A model generated the notes under the pieces. That model had not been told where the DNA came from. It saw only the letters and a program-made list of their open reading frames with translations, and made no database searches. Made by a program: the position numbers and the translations under genes. Of a stretch of 64,000 bases of DNA, positions 36,582 through 45,936 are shown piece by piece. The DNA comes from a virus, in the IMG/VR virus record IMGVR_UViG_3300007512_000012, positions 46,938-110,937 of that record, one strand, 5' to 3'. Position 1 is the stretch's first letter. Each line of letters starts with the position of its first letter.

Positions 36582-38297
36582 CTACCCGAACCGGCCGCCG
36601 CCCTCTTCCTGTGGCTTCTCGTACTTCAGCCCGAGGTACTCGGCGATCTTCTCGGCGAAGTCGCTGTTCTCCGCCAGGGCGTCGCCGACCCGCGAGTAGA
36701 GGCCACGGAACAGCTCGTTGAACGTCGCGTCCTGCACGGTGCCCACGTCCTGCATGAGCTTCTCGCGCACCGTCACCGGGTCGAGGTTCAGGTGTTCGAG
36801 GATCGTGTCGATGTCCAGCGAGCCCTTCTGGTAGAGGTTCATCAGGGCGTCGAACGTCTCGGTGTTGTCGCGGAACGACAGCCGGGTGAACGACAAGCGG
36901 GGGACGATGACCTGGAGGTTGCCGTCCTCGTCTTCCTCGACGAACCCCATGCGGGCGCACATCGGCCGGAAGAACTGCTCCTCCACCAACCCCTGCAACG
37001 TCTCCCGGTTGAGCATGAACCGCTGGTTGATGACCTCCAGGTTGATGCGGTCACCGGAGTAGCTGGACTCGCCGGAGAGCAGGCTCTCGGTGACCCCGAG
37101 GCCCGCGTACATCTGGCGGTCGGTGAAGTCGAAGACCCACGACCAGTCGGGGAGCCGCTGGTCCGCCCCCATCTCCTCCCACGTCACCTGGAAGTTGGTG
37201 ATGATGGAGAAGTCGGGGTCCTGAAGGGCCAGGTCCACCTGCTCGCGGAGGTCCTCGGTCTGCTCCGCGTTCATGTCCTCGGCGTAGATGAGCCGGTAGG
37301 GCGTCATGTGCCGCGAGGCGATGGACGTGAGGCTCTGGCGGACCTTGTCGCGGAAGACGAGCGTCCGCAGGCAGCGGAGCAGGATGCTCTTGCCACGGGG
37401 CTCATACTGCGACTTCTTGCGGGCCATCAGGTAGTAGAACGACCCCGCCTCCGGGTCCGTGTTCAGCGGGATGTTCTGCCCCTCGGCGATGGCCGCCACC
37501 ACGTCCTCGGGCATCGAGTTCACGACGCGGGCCGCGTGGGGGTCCCCGGAGGCTGCTCGGTTGATGACCGCCTTCGTCTTCGAGTCGGGGATCAGCTCGA
37601 TGAGCTTCTCGTCCGTGAAGGGGAAGCTCTCGACGTGGATCTGCTCGGGGGGCAGGCAGCGGATGGCCGTCCAGCCCTTGTAGTTCTTCTTGAGCCAGGC
37701 CGCCATGCGCTCGTTGGCGTCCTCGTGCCGGACCTTGCGCTCGACGATCTCACCGTCCTTGGTGATCTCGCGGACGATCTCGAACTCGATGTCCTCCGGC
37801 ATGTCCGGCGAGGTGTCCTCGCAGAAGATGTGGGCCTCGCCGAGCAGGTTCCACTCGTGGTTGATCTCCATCAGCCGGTGAAGGAGCCCCTGCCGCTTCG
37901 CCCAGTTCTCGCAGAAGCGAAGCGACGCAGAGGCGAGCTTCTCGTTGCGGGCCTTCGGCTTGCGGAGGCGGACCTTCGAGAGCGGCAGCTCGTCGAGCAG
38001 GTCGATGGCCTGGCCGACGAAGGGGTCGTGGTCGTAGAAGAAGCGGTAGAAGTTGCGCTTCTCGTCGTCGCTCTGCGGCAGTTCGAGGAAGTCGGTGGAC
38101 AGCTCGGGCGAGTAGAAGTTGCCGCCCGCCCCCATCATGGAGCCGCCCGCAGCACCGCCGTAGCCGCCGCCGACACCGCACGCGGCGGCCTTCATCGACG
38201 ACGTGACGATCTTCGTGGGCTTGCCCACCGTCACACCCTTCCGGTCTGCCACCTTGCGGACGACCGTCGTGTCGTCGGGGTCGTTCGACCTAGCCAT
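36582..38297 (-). CDS. Portal protein
   Basis: Downstream of terminase; RFFY..DPFVGQAIDL...P, EWNLLGEAH, RGKSILLRCL, GLGVTESLLSGE; size fits. Confidence 0.82.
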   Translation of the reverse strand: MARSNDPDDTTVVRKVADRKGVTVGKPTKIVTSSMKAAACGVGGGYGGAAGGSMMGAGGNFYSPELSTDFLELPQSDDEKRNFYRFFYDHDPFVGQAIDLLDELPLSKVRLRKPKARNEKLASASLRFCENWAKRQGLLHRLMEINHEWNLLGEAHIFCEDTSPDMPEDIEFEIVREITKDGEIVERKVRHEDANERMAAWLKKNYKGWTAIRCLPPEQIHVESFPFTDEKLIELIPDSKTKAVINRAASGDPHAARVVNSMPEDVVAAIAEGQNIPLNTDPEAGSFYYLMARKKSQYEPRGKSILLRCLRTLVFRDKVRQSLTSIASRHMTPYRLIYAEDMNAEQTEDLREQVDLALQDPDFSIITNFQVTWEEMGADQRLPDWSWVFDFTDRQMYAGLGVTESLLSGESSYSGDRINLEVINQRFMLNRETLQGLVEEQFFRPMCARMGFVEEDEDGNLQVIVPRLSFTRLSFRDNTETFDALMNLYQKGSLDIDTILEHLNLDPVTVREKLMQDVGTVQDATFNELFRGLYSRVGDALAENSDFAEKIAEYLGLKYEKPQEEGGGRFG

Positions 38298-38838
38298 CGC
38301 TCACCTCGCGTGCGAGCCGCAAGAAGATGGTCTGGACGTAGGCGTCGTTGTCCGCCTCACCCTGCTGGCGAGCCAGCTCGACCGCTCGCCGCCACAGTTC
38401 ACCTTCAGCCGACTGCTCTGGAGCTTCCGGCTCCACCTTCTGCTGCACAGGCTCCTCGTCTTCCAGGTTGACGGTGCGGCCCTCCAGAAAGCCGAGGACG
38501 GCCGCCAGCCGCTCCTGGTACTCCCGCCCCCGCCGCCTGGTCCGGGTGACGCCACCCGAACGCTCTCGGCCTTCGAGCCAGGAGCAGAGTGCGCGAGCCT
38601 CCTGCCTGATGTCCACGTCGCTCGCGTAGCCGTCCAGGTGTCCGATGGAGCGGAGGAGCCTCTCGGCTCGGGCCAGGCGGTCCTGCTTCTCCCTGAACAG
38701 CTCCGCGTCGGGGTTCCGCCGCCTGGCGGCCCTCCCGCACACGTCCAGCGCCGCCCGAACCGAGCCGACAGCCCGCTTCAGGTGCGTGTTCAGGTCCCGG
38801 TCGGCAGCCGTCCGGGCAGTGGCTCGCAGGCCGGGCAT
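38290..38838 (-). CDS. Hypothetical protein
   Basis: Fills the operon between terminase and portal; N-terminal RTAA. Confidence 0.6.
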   Translation of the reverse strand: MPGLRATARTAADRDLNTHLKRAVGSVRAALDVCGRAARRRNPDAELFREKQDRLARAERLLRSIGHLDGYASDVDIRQEARALCSWLEGRERSGGVTRTRRRGREYQERLAAVLGFLEGRTVNLEDEEPVQQKVEPEAPEQSAEGELWRRAVELARQQGEADNDAYVQTIFLRLAREVSDG

Positions 38839-39093
38839 CTAGCTCCACTTCTCCTTCTTCGTCAGGTAGCCGTGCTTGAGCGCCACCTTCATCACGGTCT
38901 TCAGGAGGTTGATGTCCTCCACCGAGCCGTTGAACACGCTCTTCCACGAGCCACCAGCTCTTGAGAATACCCGTGCAACGCGGTCGAACTCCTCCGGCCG
39001 GGGGCTGGCCTTCCCGCCGAGCGCGACCGTCACCAGCTTCATCATGAAGCGGTGGTCAGCCCGGAGCGGCCACGAGGGGTTGGGGTTGGGCAC
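38839..39093 (-). CDS. Small hypothetical protein
   Basis: Abuts its neighbours; helical basic product. Confidence 0.65.
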   Translation of the reverse strand: MPNPNPSWPLRADHRFMMKLVTVALGGKASPRPEEFDRVARVFSRAGGSWKSVFNGSVEDINLLKTVMKVALKHGYLTKKEKWS

Positions 39094-39096
39094 GAG

Positions 39097-41151
39097 TCAC
39101 CTCCCTCCCCGGCCGCGTGAGCGACCCCGGATCAGGGACCGCTGGCGGTCGGGGCTCGAACCACCGAGCCGAGAGCGGGCCATCGCCTTGCGCCGGGCCT
39201 TCGCCAGCTCGGTCGGCGACGCCTGGCCCTTGTGGCGGCCCTTCTTGCGCGAGGTGCCCGCGATGTACTTCCGCTTGCCCATGTGCTGGGTGGCCTCCCA
39301 CACCATGCGGACCAGGGCGTCGGAGTAGTCGTCGTACTTGTCGGGCTGGTTGGGGGCCTCGACCGTCACGATGTACTTGCTGTGCGTCTCCGCCTGAAGC
39401 TCCAGCAGCTCCTCGATGTAGTCGGCGTGGGCGTTCGGGTTCTCCGGGTTGGGCTGGTCGAACAGCACCAGCTTTTGCTCGAACATCAGGGTCTTGAAGT
39501 TGGCGAAGATCTGGCTGGTGAGCTGCTTCGTGAAGAAGACCGACTCGCACTGCGTCAGGCCGCGCTTGTGCAAGGCCGTCTCGAAGGGGATGCCCGCCCA
39601 CTGGTCGAACATGCCCTTCTCGATGTAGAAGCGGCGGCTCAGGGCGTACAGCCAGGCGGTGATGTCGTCGAAGGACAGCCGCTCCAGGTCTTCGTAGTCG
39701 CCCTCACCTGCCCGGATGCGCTCGATGTAGTCGAGGACGATCCGGTGCTCCTCGTCGATGTGGCCGATGGCGACCGCGCAGTAGTCGCCGTCCACCAGGC
39801 CCGCCGAGATGTCGATGCCCATGAAGTGCGGGGCACGCAGCGGGGCCTTCTGCGCGGGCCGGAGCATCGGGTCCACGCAACGCAGCAGCGGCCCCGGCTT
39901 CAGCCAGCCCTTCGTCCGGTCCGTGAACTCGGCCCCGAACTCCGTGAAGAAGCTGTCCGGGTCGGTGGCGTACTCCTCCGCGAGGAACGTCGCCTCGACC
40001 GTGGGGTTCACCTCCCACGTCGGGGCCTGGATGCAGAGCATGTTCCGCGACTCCAGGCCGCCGGAGTAGCCCTGCCTGAACTTGCGGAAGAAGAAGCCCT
40101 GCTTCCCGAGGGGGGACGAGATCGAGAGGATGCGCCCCTCGACCTTGCCGATGGCCCGCCGCCGGTTGCGGGGGTCCTTCGGCGAGAAGGCCGCCAGCGA
40201 CGGCTTGACGGCCCGGTAGATCGTGAGCGCGTCGCTCTGGCCCACGTCGTTGAAGTGAGCCAGCTCGTCGAGGATGATGACGATGTTGCCTGCACCGCGC
40301 AGGCCCTTCGCCACGCACGACTTGAAGCTGACCTTGATGGTCGCCTTGGCCGTGGGGTCGTCCACGTACCGGCCGAACCGGCTGATGTCCTCCGGCGACT
40401 GGAACTTCGCGTAGGACATCGTGTTGTTGGCGGTGTAGGGCTTGTAGAAGGCGCAGTTCGAGAAGTGGCCGCTGGCCTCGTTGTAGAGCAGACCCGCCTG
40501 GTCCTTGTCCGTCGCCACGCTGATGAGCTGGATGACGTTGGTCTTCGGGATGCCGTAGTACCGCTGCGGGTTGTCCTTGAGGATGAGCTTGTAGACCTCG
40601 TAGGCCATCACGCAGGCGCAGATGAAGGTCTTGCCGGAACGACGGCCGATGGAGAGCACCAGCTCGCGGCGCTCCCGGCCAGGCACCACCTCCTTGATGT
40701 TGCTGCGGCCCTCGGCGTACAGGAACCGGAGGTACTCGGCCTCCGTCATGTAGCGGGGGTTCTCCCGCCGCCAGTCGGTGATCTTGACCCGGAACTTGTA
40801 GAAGCCGGTCTCGTCCTCCATCGCGTCCGGGTAGTCGAGCGGCTCCTCCGGCTCGACTTCATCGGGCAGGAGATCGATCAGCTCGCCGGGCTCGTCCTCA
40901 TCCTCGTCGTCCGGCAGGAACGCGATCTCGTCGTAGTTCGGGTGGTCGGACGGGACCTTCTTCGTGAGGTCCAGGCCCCACGGGTTGTCGTCGAGGGGGA
41001 TGCCGTAGTGGGCCTTCAGGATGACCCGCTGCACGGGATACAAGGGGATGTTGAGTCCCCAGGACGACTCCACGAACTCGATGATGTTCGCTGGCTGCTG
41101 CCCTGTTCGCTCTTGCTTTCCCGCTGCGAGGGCGATGTCCGCCAAGCTCAT
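39097..41151 (-). CDS. terL: Terminase large subunit
   Basis: PVQ adenine motif, GRRSGKT Walker A, IILDE Walker B, ISSP, RNase H MGID...FDQW...DDYSDA. Confidence 0.93.
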   Translation of the reverse strand: MSLADIALAAGKQERTGQQPANIIEFVESSWGLNIPLYPVQRVILKAHYGIPLDDNPWGLDLTKKVPSDHPNYDEIAFLPDDEDEDEPGELIDLLPDEVEPEEPLDYPDAMEDETGFYKFRVKITDWRRENPRYMTEAEYLRFLYAEGRSNIKEVVPGRERRELVLSIGRRSGKTFICACVMAYEVYKLILKDNPQRYYGIPKTNVIQLISVATDKDQAGLLYNEASGHFSNCAFYKPYTANNTMSYAKFQSPEDISRFGRYVDDPTAKATIKVSFKSCVAKGLRGAGNIVIILDELAHFNDVGQSDALTIYRAVKPSLAAFSPKDPRNRRRAIGKVEGRILSISSPLGKQGFFFRKFRQGYSGGLESRNMLCIQAPTWEVNPTVEATFLAEEYATDPDSFFTEFGAEFTDRTKGWLKPGPLLRCVDPMLRPAQKAPLRAPHFMGIDISAGLVDGDYCAVAIGHIDEEHRIVLDYIERIRAGEGDYEDLERLSFDDITAWLYALSRRFYIEKGMFDQWAGIPFETALHKRGLTQCESVFFTKQLTSQIFANFKTLMFEQKLVLFDQPNPENPNAHADYIEELLELQAETHSKYIVTVEAPNQPDKYDDYSDALVRMVWEATQHMGKRKYIAGTSRKKGRHKGQASPTELAKARRKAMARSRLGGSSPDRQRSLIRGRSRGRGGR

Positions 41152-41164
41152 GGCGTGCCCCCTC

Positions 41165-41845
41165 CTAGACGGATCGCTTCATCCGGGTCTTCGCTTCGTT
41201 CTTCCAGTCCTCATCCACCATCGAGGAGAACTTCGCGAAGACCGTCTCCACCTGCTCAGGGCGCAGACGAGCGGCGTTCATGGACTCCCTGAAGGTGTCC
41301 ATGATCATCTTGAACAGGACCGCGAAGCCGGGCGACTCCAGGTCGATCGTGCGGCTGGTGAGCTGGTCCTTGCGCTTGAGCCACGTCTCGGCCGTGGCCC
41401 GGAGGGCCTGGACTCGCTTCGACGAGAGCCCCGAGGTGTCCTTGCCCTCGCGGGCAGCTTCCTCGCGCTCGAACTTCAGGCTGGCCTGCTCCTCGCCGAG
41501 ACCGACGATGATGGCCTGGAGCAGGTCGGTGGACTCGGGGTCGGCCCGCATCTGCGCGAGGATGTCGTCGGCGTCCATCGCCGACTGCTTGCGCTGAAGG
41601 ATGGCGGCGACGGTCGCGTTGGCGGGGCCGACGTTGGTGGCCGAGGGCTTGCCCGGCTTCCCCTTCATCACGATGGGGTCGCCGTTCTTCTTCGTCTGGA
41701 TCTGGTCGGTGTCGGCCAGGTCGGCGATGGCCTTGTACTTCGTCTCGCCCTTCGCCGTGAGGACGCGGACGCGAGTGGCGCTCGGCGGGATCTTCGCCAG
41801 AAGGTCCGCCCGCCGCTGCTTGTCGGTCTTGCTCTTGCGCGGCAT
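41165..41845 (-). CDS. Putative terminase small subunit
   Basis: Immediately upstream of terL; helical oligomerisation-like C-half; assignment is positional. Confidence 0.5.
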   Translation of the reverse strand: MPRKSKTDKQRRADLLAKIPPSATRVRVLTAKGETKYKAIADLADTDQIQTKKNGDPIVMKGKPGKPSATNVGPANATVAAILQRKQSAMDADDILAQMRADPESTDLLQAIIVGLGEEQASLKFEREEAAREGKDTSGLSSKRVQALRATAETWLKRKDQLTSRTIDLESPGFAVLFKMIMDTFRESMNAARLRPEQVETVFAKFSSMVDEDWKNEAKTRMKRSV

Positions 41846-41853
41846 GGGGACTC

Positions 41854-42399
41854 CTACGTGAACACAGGCTCATCGGGGTGGGGGTCGCCCCGATCCATGA
41901 AGCCCGCGTTGTTCAGGGCACCCAGGGTGAACGCGCTCGCGGCTCCCCACTCGACCACCTCGATGCGGTGGTCATCCCCGTGGCCGGAGTTCGTGGTGAC
42001 GGTCACGGTGTCCACACCGTCCGACGTGCCAGTGTACCCCGGCAGGGCGGTGATGGCCCCGGCCAGGTTGGCCGCCAGGGCGATGTCGTTGGCCCCCACG
42101 AGGAAGTCCACGCCTGGCCGCAGCTCGGCCTCGCCGACCCGGATGAGGTGGAAGCCAGGCGTGCAGTTGGCCTGGACGACCGTGATGTCGGCGGTGGCCT
42201 GGAGGACCGTGAGGCCGTCGTTGTCCATGCGCCCGACGAGCCCGGAGCCGTTGCCCCGCGTGATCCACTGGAACTCCTTGGACTCGCGGATCGGAAGCGG
42301 CTGCCCGATGGCCTTGATGTTGTGGCTCGGGTCGGTCCCACCCGGATGCACGGGGACGTGAACCTGGAAGGCCGGGCCGGTCCTGAACTTGTCCGCCAT
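41854..42399 (-). CDS. Virion protein with a sheath-insert-like beta-sandwich domain
   Basis: ATADITV...DFLVGANDIALAANLAGAI...TVTVT, like the insertions in 10135..11481 and 12345..13556. Confidence 0.6.
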   Translation of the reverse strand: MADKFRTGPAFQVHVPVHPGGTDPSHNIKAIGQPLPIRESKEFQWITRGNGSGLVGRMDNDGLTVLQATADITVVQANCTPGFHLIRVGEAELRPGVDFLVGANDIALAANLAGAITALPGYTGTSDGVDTVTVTTNSGHGDDHRIEVVEWGAASAFTLGALNNAGFMDRGDPHPDEPVFT

Positions 42400-42408
42400 C
42401 TCGACCTC

Positions 42409-44655
42409 CTACAGGTGCAGCCCGCCGAACAACACGTCGCCGATGTCCTCGGTGATGGCCGGTTCGTCCACCTCGACGCTCATGCTCCCGTCGAGGTTGA
42501 ACTCGCCGGGGTTGAACAGCGACGCGGTGATCTCGTGGTCGGGCGCGTTGGCGACCTGGATCATCTGCTGCTTGAAGGTCGCCGCGTCGGCGGGGAGCTG
42601 GTGCATCAGCTCCTTGCCGTACTTCGTGCAGACGCCGTTGGCGTTCGCCAGGGCGCAGCCCGAGCAGCGGCTCATCGCCTTCACGAAGGGCACCTGGTTG
42701 GCCCGGTGGGCCGCCGCCGCCTTCTCGCAGCCCTTCGTGCCGGTCTTCGAGGCGTAGGCCGCCGCGTCCACGTACAGGTGCCCGGCCAGGCCCTCGTGCT
42801 CCTCCCGCAGCATCGCGATGAGGCCCTCGCCTGCCGCCCGGAGGGGGCTGGCGAACCGGACGTGCATCAGGGCGGTCAGGTCGTCCCCGGTCAGCCCCTC
42901 CGACATCTTCTGCCGGACCCAGCGGGCCATCGAGCGGAACTCGGCGACCTTGATGCCGCTGGCTGCCGACGCCTGGCGCATGGCCTCCTCGTCGGCCGCG
43001 AGCTTCTTGGTCGCCACCCGCTGCTGGAGAGCTGCCGTGCGGACGGCCCCGCCGTACTCCTTCGCGGGCTTCGCGGCGGCCATCTTGACCTTGCGGGTGC
43101 CCGAGGCGTTGGCGTAGGCCGTGGCGACCTTGAGCACCATCTCGGGCGTCGCCTCGGCTGCCGCCGTGCGGGCCTCGTCCACGGTGATCTGGCCCGCCTG
43201 CGCCATCCTCGCGACGGTGGCGTGGGCCTTCTTCATCTGCGCGGCGGCCAGTTCGGCCTGCTTGAGCTGCGCCCAGGCCGCGTCACGGCCCGCCTGGCGG
43301 TGAGCCGTCACCTGCGTCCCGACGCCGCCGTACATGGCCTCTCGGGGCATCTGGTTGGCCCTGGCGAGCTTCTCGGCCGCCTTGCGGAGGTCGGCCGGGT
43401 TGGCGTCGGACTTCGCGATGCGCAGGGCGTCCTGCTTCGAGATGAGCCCGGCGTCGGCCGCCTTCTTCACGAGCTTCAGGGCCGCCGTGCGGGCCTTCGC
43501 CTGGTCGTCGCGGGCGATGACCTGCTGCACCTGGCGGGGAGCCTTCGCAGCGGCCTGCTTGGCCTCGGCGAGGGTCACCCGGTCGGCCGGGGGGGTGTGG
43601 ACCGGCTTCGTGGCGACCACCGGAGCGGCCTCCTTCGGGCCGGTCAGGAAGGCGAGCTGGAGGGTCTTCTTCGGGTCGTCTCCGACGCTGGCGACCTTGT
43701 AGCCCGCCGCCCGCAGGTGCGGGAGGTACTGGCGCAGGGCCTTCCGCCACGGGACCTCGCTGACCATCTGCATCGAGAGCTTCGAGGCGATGCGCGGGTT
43801 GTCGGTGATGACGTACCGGGCGGTGCGGGCGAGCTTCTTCAGCTCCTTCGCCCACTTGCCGTTGTGCAGGCCGGGGAAGGCGGAGGCCCGCACGAAGACC
43901 TTGCCCGCGACCCCGTGCTCCTCGGCGATGCGGGTCGTCGCCTGCTCGGCGGCCTGCTTCGGCAGGTGGGCGTGCAGGTAGCGGCTGATCTCGGTCATCG
44001 ACCGGCCGTAGTGCGACAGGCGCACGGCCTTCTTGATGTGCCAGGCAGCTTCAGCGGCGGACTTCTCGACGCCTGGCGTCGCCGGGACCCCGCTCTCGAT
44101 GGACTTCTCGTAGTCGGCGACGGCCTTGTCCCGGTTCGGGACCAGGGCCAGGCCATCGGTGCGCCGGTTGACGCCCCACGCCTCCTCCAGCTCCAGGGTG
44201 GACTTCAGCGGGGGCTTGTCGGGCCGAAGCTCCTTCGGCAGCCGCTCCGGGTCCTGCTCCTGAGTGGGGTCGAGCCAGGCCAGGTCCGCCATGCTCGCCG
44301 CCTGGCGGACGTTCTCGGCCATGTGCAGGGCACCCTCCTCCGGGGAGAGCATCTGCGAGAGGTCGAAATCGCCCTCGTCGTCCACGAAGGACAGGCCGAG
44401 CCCGTCGTCCGCGCTCTTGCTGTCGGACACGAGACCGTCCGGCAGGGCGGACATGCCGGTGGACTGCGCGGGGGTGATCGGGCCGGACATGCCGGACTGG
44501 TCGCCTCGGCTCCGGGTGCCCTCGCCGAGCGTCTGGTCGTGGTGGAAGCCGTCGAGCCCGTAGTTGGAGCCCTCGGTCCAGGTGAACTCGTCCGCCGGAA
44601 GGTCGGAGTCGGCCATGATGATGTCGGCCCAGGAGGCCAGCTTCTTGTTGCTCAT
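42409..44655 (-). CDS. Large Ala-rich putative internal head protein with a C-terminal Cys cluster
   Basis: Many [KR]xA motifs; duplicated EEH(E)GxAGxxxVxAxA; C...CSGC...CTKY. Confidence 0.72.
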   Translation of the reverse strand: MSNKKLASWADIIMADSDLPADEFTWTEGSNYGLDGFHHDQTLGEGTRSRGDQSGMSGPITPAQSTGMSALPDGLVSDSKSADDGLGLSFVDDEGDFDLSQMLSPEEGALHMAENVRQAASMADLAWLDPTQEQDPERLPKELRPDKPPLKSTLELEEAWGVNRRTDGLALVPNRDKAVADYEKSIESGVPATPGVEKSAAEAAWHIKKAVRLSHYGRSMTEISRYLHAHLPKQAAEQATTRIAEEHGVAGKVFVRASAFPGLHNGKWAKELKKLARTARYVITDNPRIASKLSMQMVSEVPWRKALRQYLPHLRAAGYKVASVGDDPKKTLQLAFLTGPKEAAPVVATKPVHTPPADRVTLAEAKQAAAKAPRQVQQVIARDDQAKARTAALKLVKKAADAGLISKQDALRIAKSDANPADLRKAAEKLARANQMPREAMYGGVGTQVTAHRQAGRDAAWAQLKQAELAAAQMKKAHATVARMAQAGQITVDEARTAAAEATPEMVLKVATAYANASGTRKVKMAAAKPAKEYGGAVRTAALQQRVATKKLAADEEAMRQASAASGIKVAEFRSMARWVRQKMSEGLTGDDLTALMHVRFASPLRAAGEGLIAMLREEHEGLAGHLYVDAAAYASKTGTKGCEKAAAAHRANQVPFVKAMSRCSGCALANANGVCTKYGKELMHQLPADAATFKQQMIQVANAPDHEITASLFNPGEFNLDGSMSVEVDEPAITEDIGDVLFGGLHL

Positions 44656-45239
44656 GGGGAGCCTCCGTCGTCCATCTCGGCTTCCTCGCCCTCGGCCCAC
44701 TCCTCCGGGTCCTCTCGGATCTCGTCCACGTCGTCCATGATCTGCTTGACCTCGCCGCGCTCACGCGGGTTGCCACCAGAGTCATCGACATCCGGGTGCC
44801 AGTGGACCGCCTGCATCTCGTCGTAGATGGTGTCGGTCACGGCCGAGAGGGCCTCGTCGCAGTTGGCGAGCTGCTTGCGGATGTCCTTGATGGGCATCAC
44901 GTAGCCCTTGCCGCCCAGGTTGCCGTCCGGGCTGATGCGCTGCGAGCGGATCTTCGTGAACGTGGATCGGGCCGTCTGGATGTGCCCGAGGGCCATCAGG
45001 GCGGAGCGGAGCACCTTCGCCAGCGGCTTGAGGTGCTTCGCGTTGAAGGCGTAGTCCGGGTCGATGCTGCGCTCGGACGCCTGCGGCGGGTTCCAGCCCC
45101 ACTCGTTGTGGTCGCCTCCCCGGTCCTTGATGAACCGGACCTCGCCCGCCGTCTTCGTCCGAGCCGTCCGCACGGACGCCCGCACGTACCGACGAGCCAG
45201 CCGGTCGATGGCTTCCTTCATCTGGCGGTTGTCGGACAC
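44652..45239 (-). CDS. Hypothetical late protein
   Basis: GGAGG RBS, GTG 45239; N-terminal RLARRY followed by RTARTKTA. Confidence 0.72.
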   Translation of the reverse strand: MSDNRQMKEAIDRLARRYVRASVRTARTKTAGEVRFIKDRGGDHNEWGWNPPQASERSIDPDYAFNAKHLKPLAKVLRSALMALGHIQTARSTFTKIRSQRISPDGNLGGKGYVMPIKDIRKQLANCDEALSAVTDTIYDEMQAVHWHPDVDDSGGNPRERGEVKQIMDDVDEIREDPEEWAEGEEAEMDDGGSP

Positions 45240-45259
45240 GAGCGGCTCACCTCCGGCTT

Positions 45260-45280
45260 CTACAGGACTCGGGATATAGG
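45260..45280 (-). promoter_or_regulatory. Putative phage late promoter (CCTAT-N12-GTAG)
   Basis: Copy of the 8-copy motif. Confidence 0.7.
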
Positions 45281-45295
45281 CTGGATACCAGCGGC

Positions 45296-45928
45296 CTACA
45301 CCTTCAGCGGGTTGCCGTCCTCCGAGAACAGGCGCTCGATGACGAACTCCCCGTCGCTCTCCTTGAAGGACCACAGATCCTTCGTCGCCTTGTGGACCAG
45401 GTCGTCCGACCCGTTCTTCGCCTGCTCGAACAGCGACGACAGGTCGCCGAACGAGACGAAGCTCATCCGCACCGCACCGGCCCGCTTCTTGTTCACCCCC
45501 GCCAGGCGGAGGTGCTCGGGGTGGACCGGCAGGAAGATGCCGTCGTCCCAGGCGACCATGACCATGCCGTCGTGCGCGGTCACGTCGCCGTTGGCCGAGC
45601 GGACGGTGACCACCGTGCCCTCGTCCGCCGGGACGGTGGCGTAGGCCAGCACCGAGCCGAGGTTGTGCTTGAAGGCCACCCGCGTCCCGGCCTCGACCGG
45701 GAGCTTCAGGGCGTTGGCCGCCCGCGAGGCGTCGGTCAGCTCGCGGAGAGCTGTCGTCGAGGCACCCTCGATGGTCCGGCCCTGGAGCACATGGTCGATG
45801 GCCCCGGTGTCGCCCCAGTGGATGTCGCCACCCACCTCGTCGCGGCCCGGCAAGAAGCTCGCGTGAGCCTCCTTGCGCACCTTGGTCGGGAGCTGCTCAT
45901 CGTCGGGGAGGAAGTCTGTCAAGTCCAC
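45296..45928 (-). CDS. Hypothetical protein with an SH3-like central domain
   Basis: GTRV...EGTVV...VMVAWDDG; C-terminal LVHKATKDLWS. Confidence 0.7.
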   Translation of the reverse strand: MDLTDFLPDDEQLPTKVRKEAHASFLPGRDEVGGDIHWGDTGAIDHVLQGRTIEGASTTALRELTDASRAANALKLPVEAGTRVAFKHNLGSVLAYATVPADEGTVVTVRSANGDVTAHDGMVMVAWDDGIFLPVHPEHLRLAGVNKKRAGAVRMSFVSFGDLSSLFEQAKNGSDDLVHKATKDLWSFKESDGEFVIERLFSEDGNPLKV

Positions 45929-45936
45929 GAGTCACC

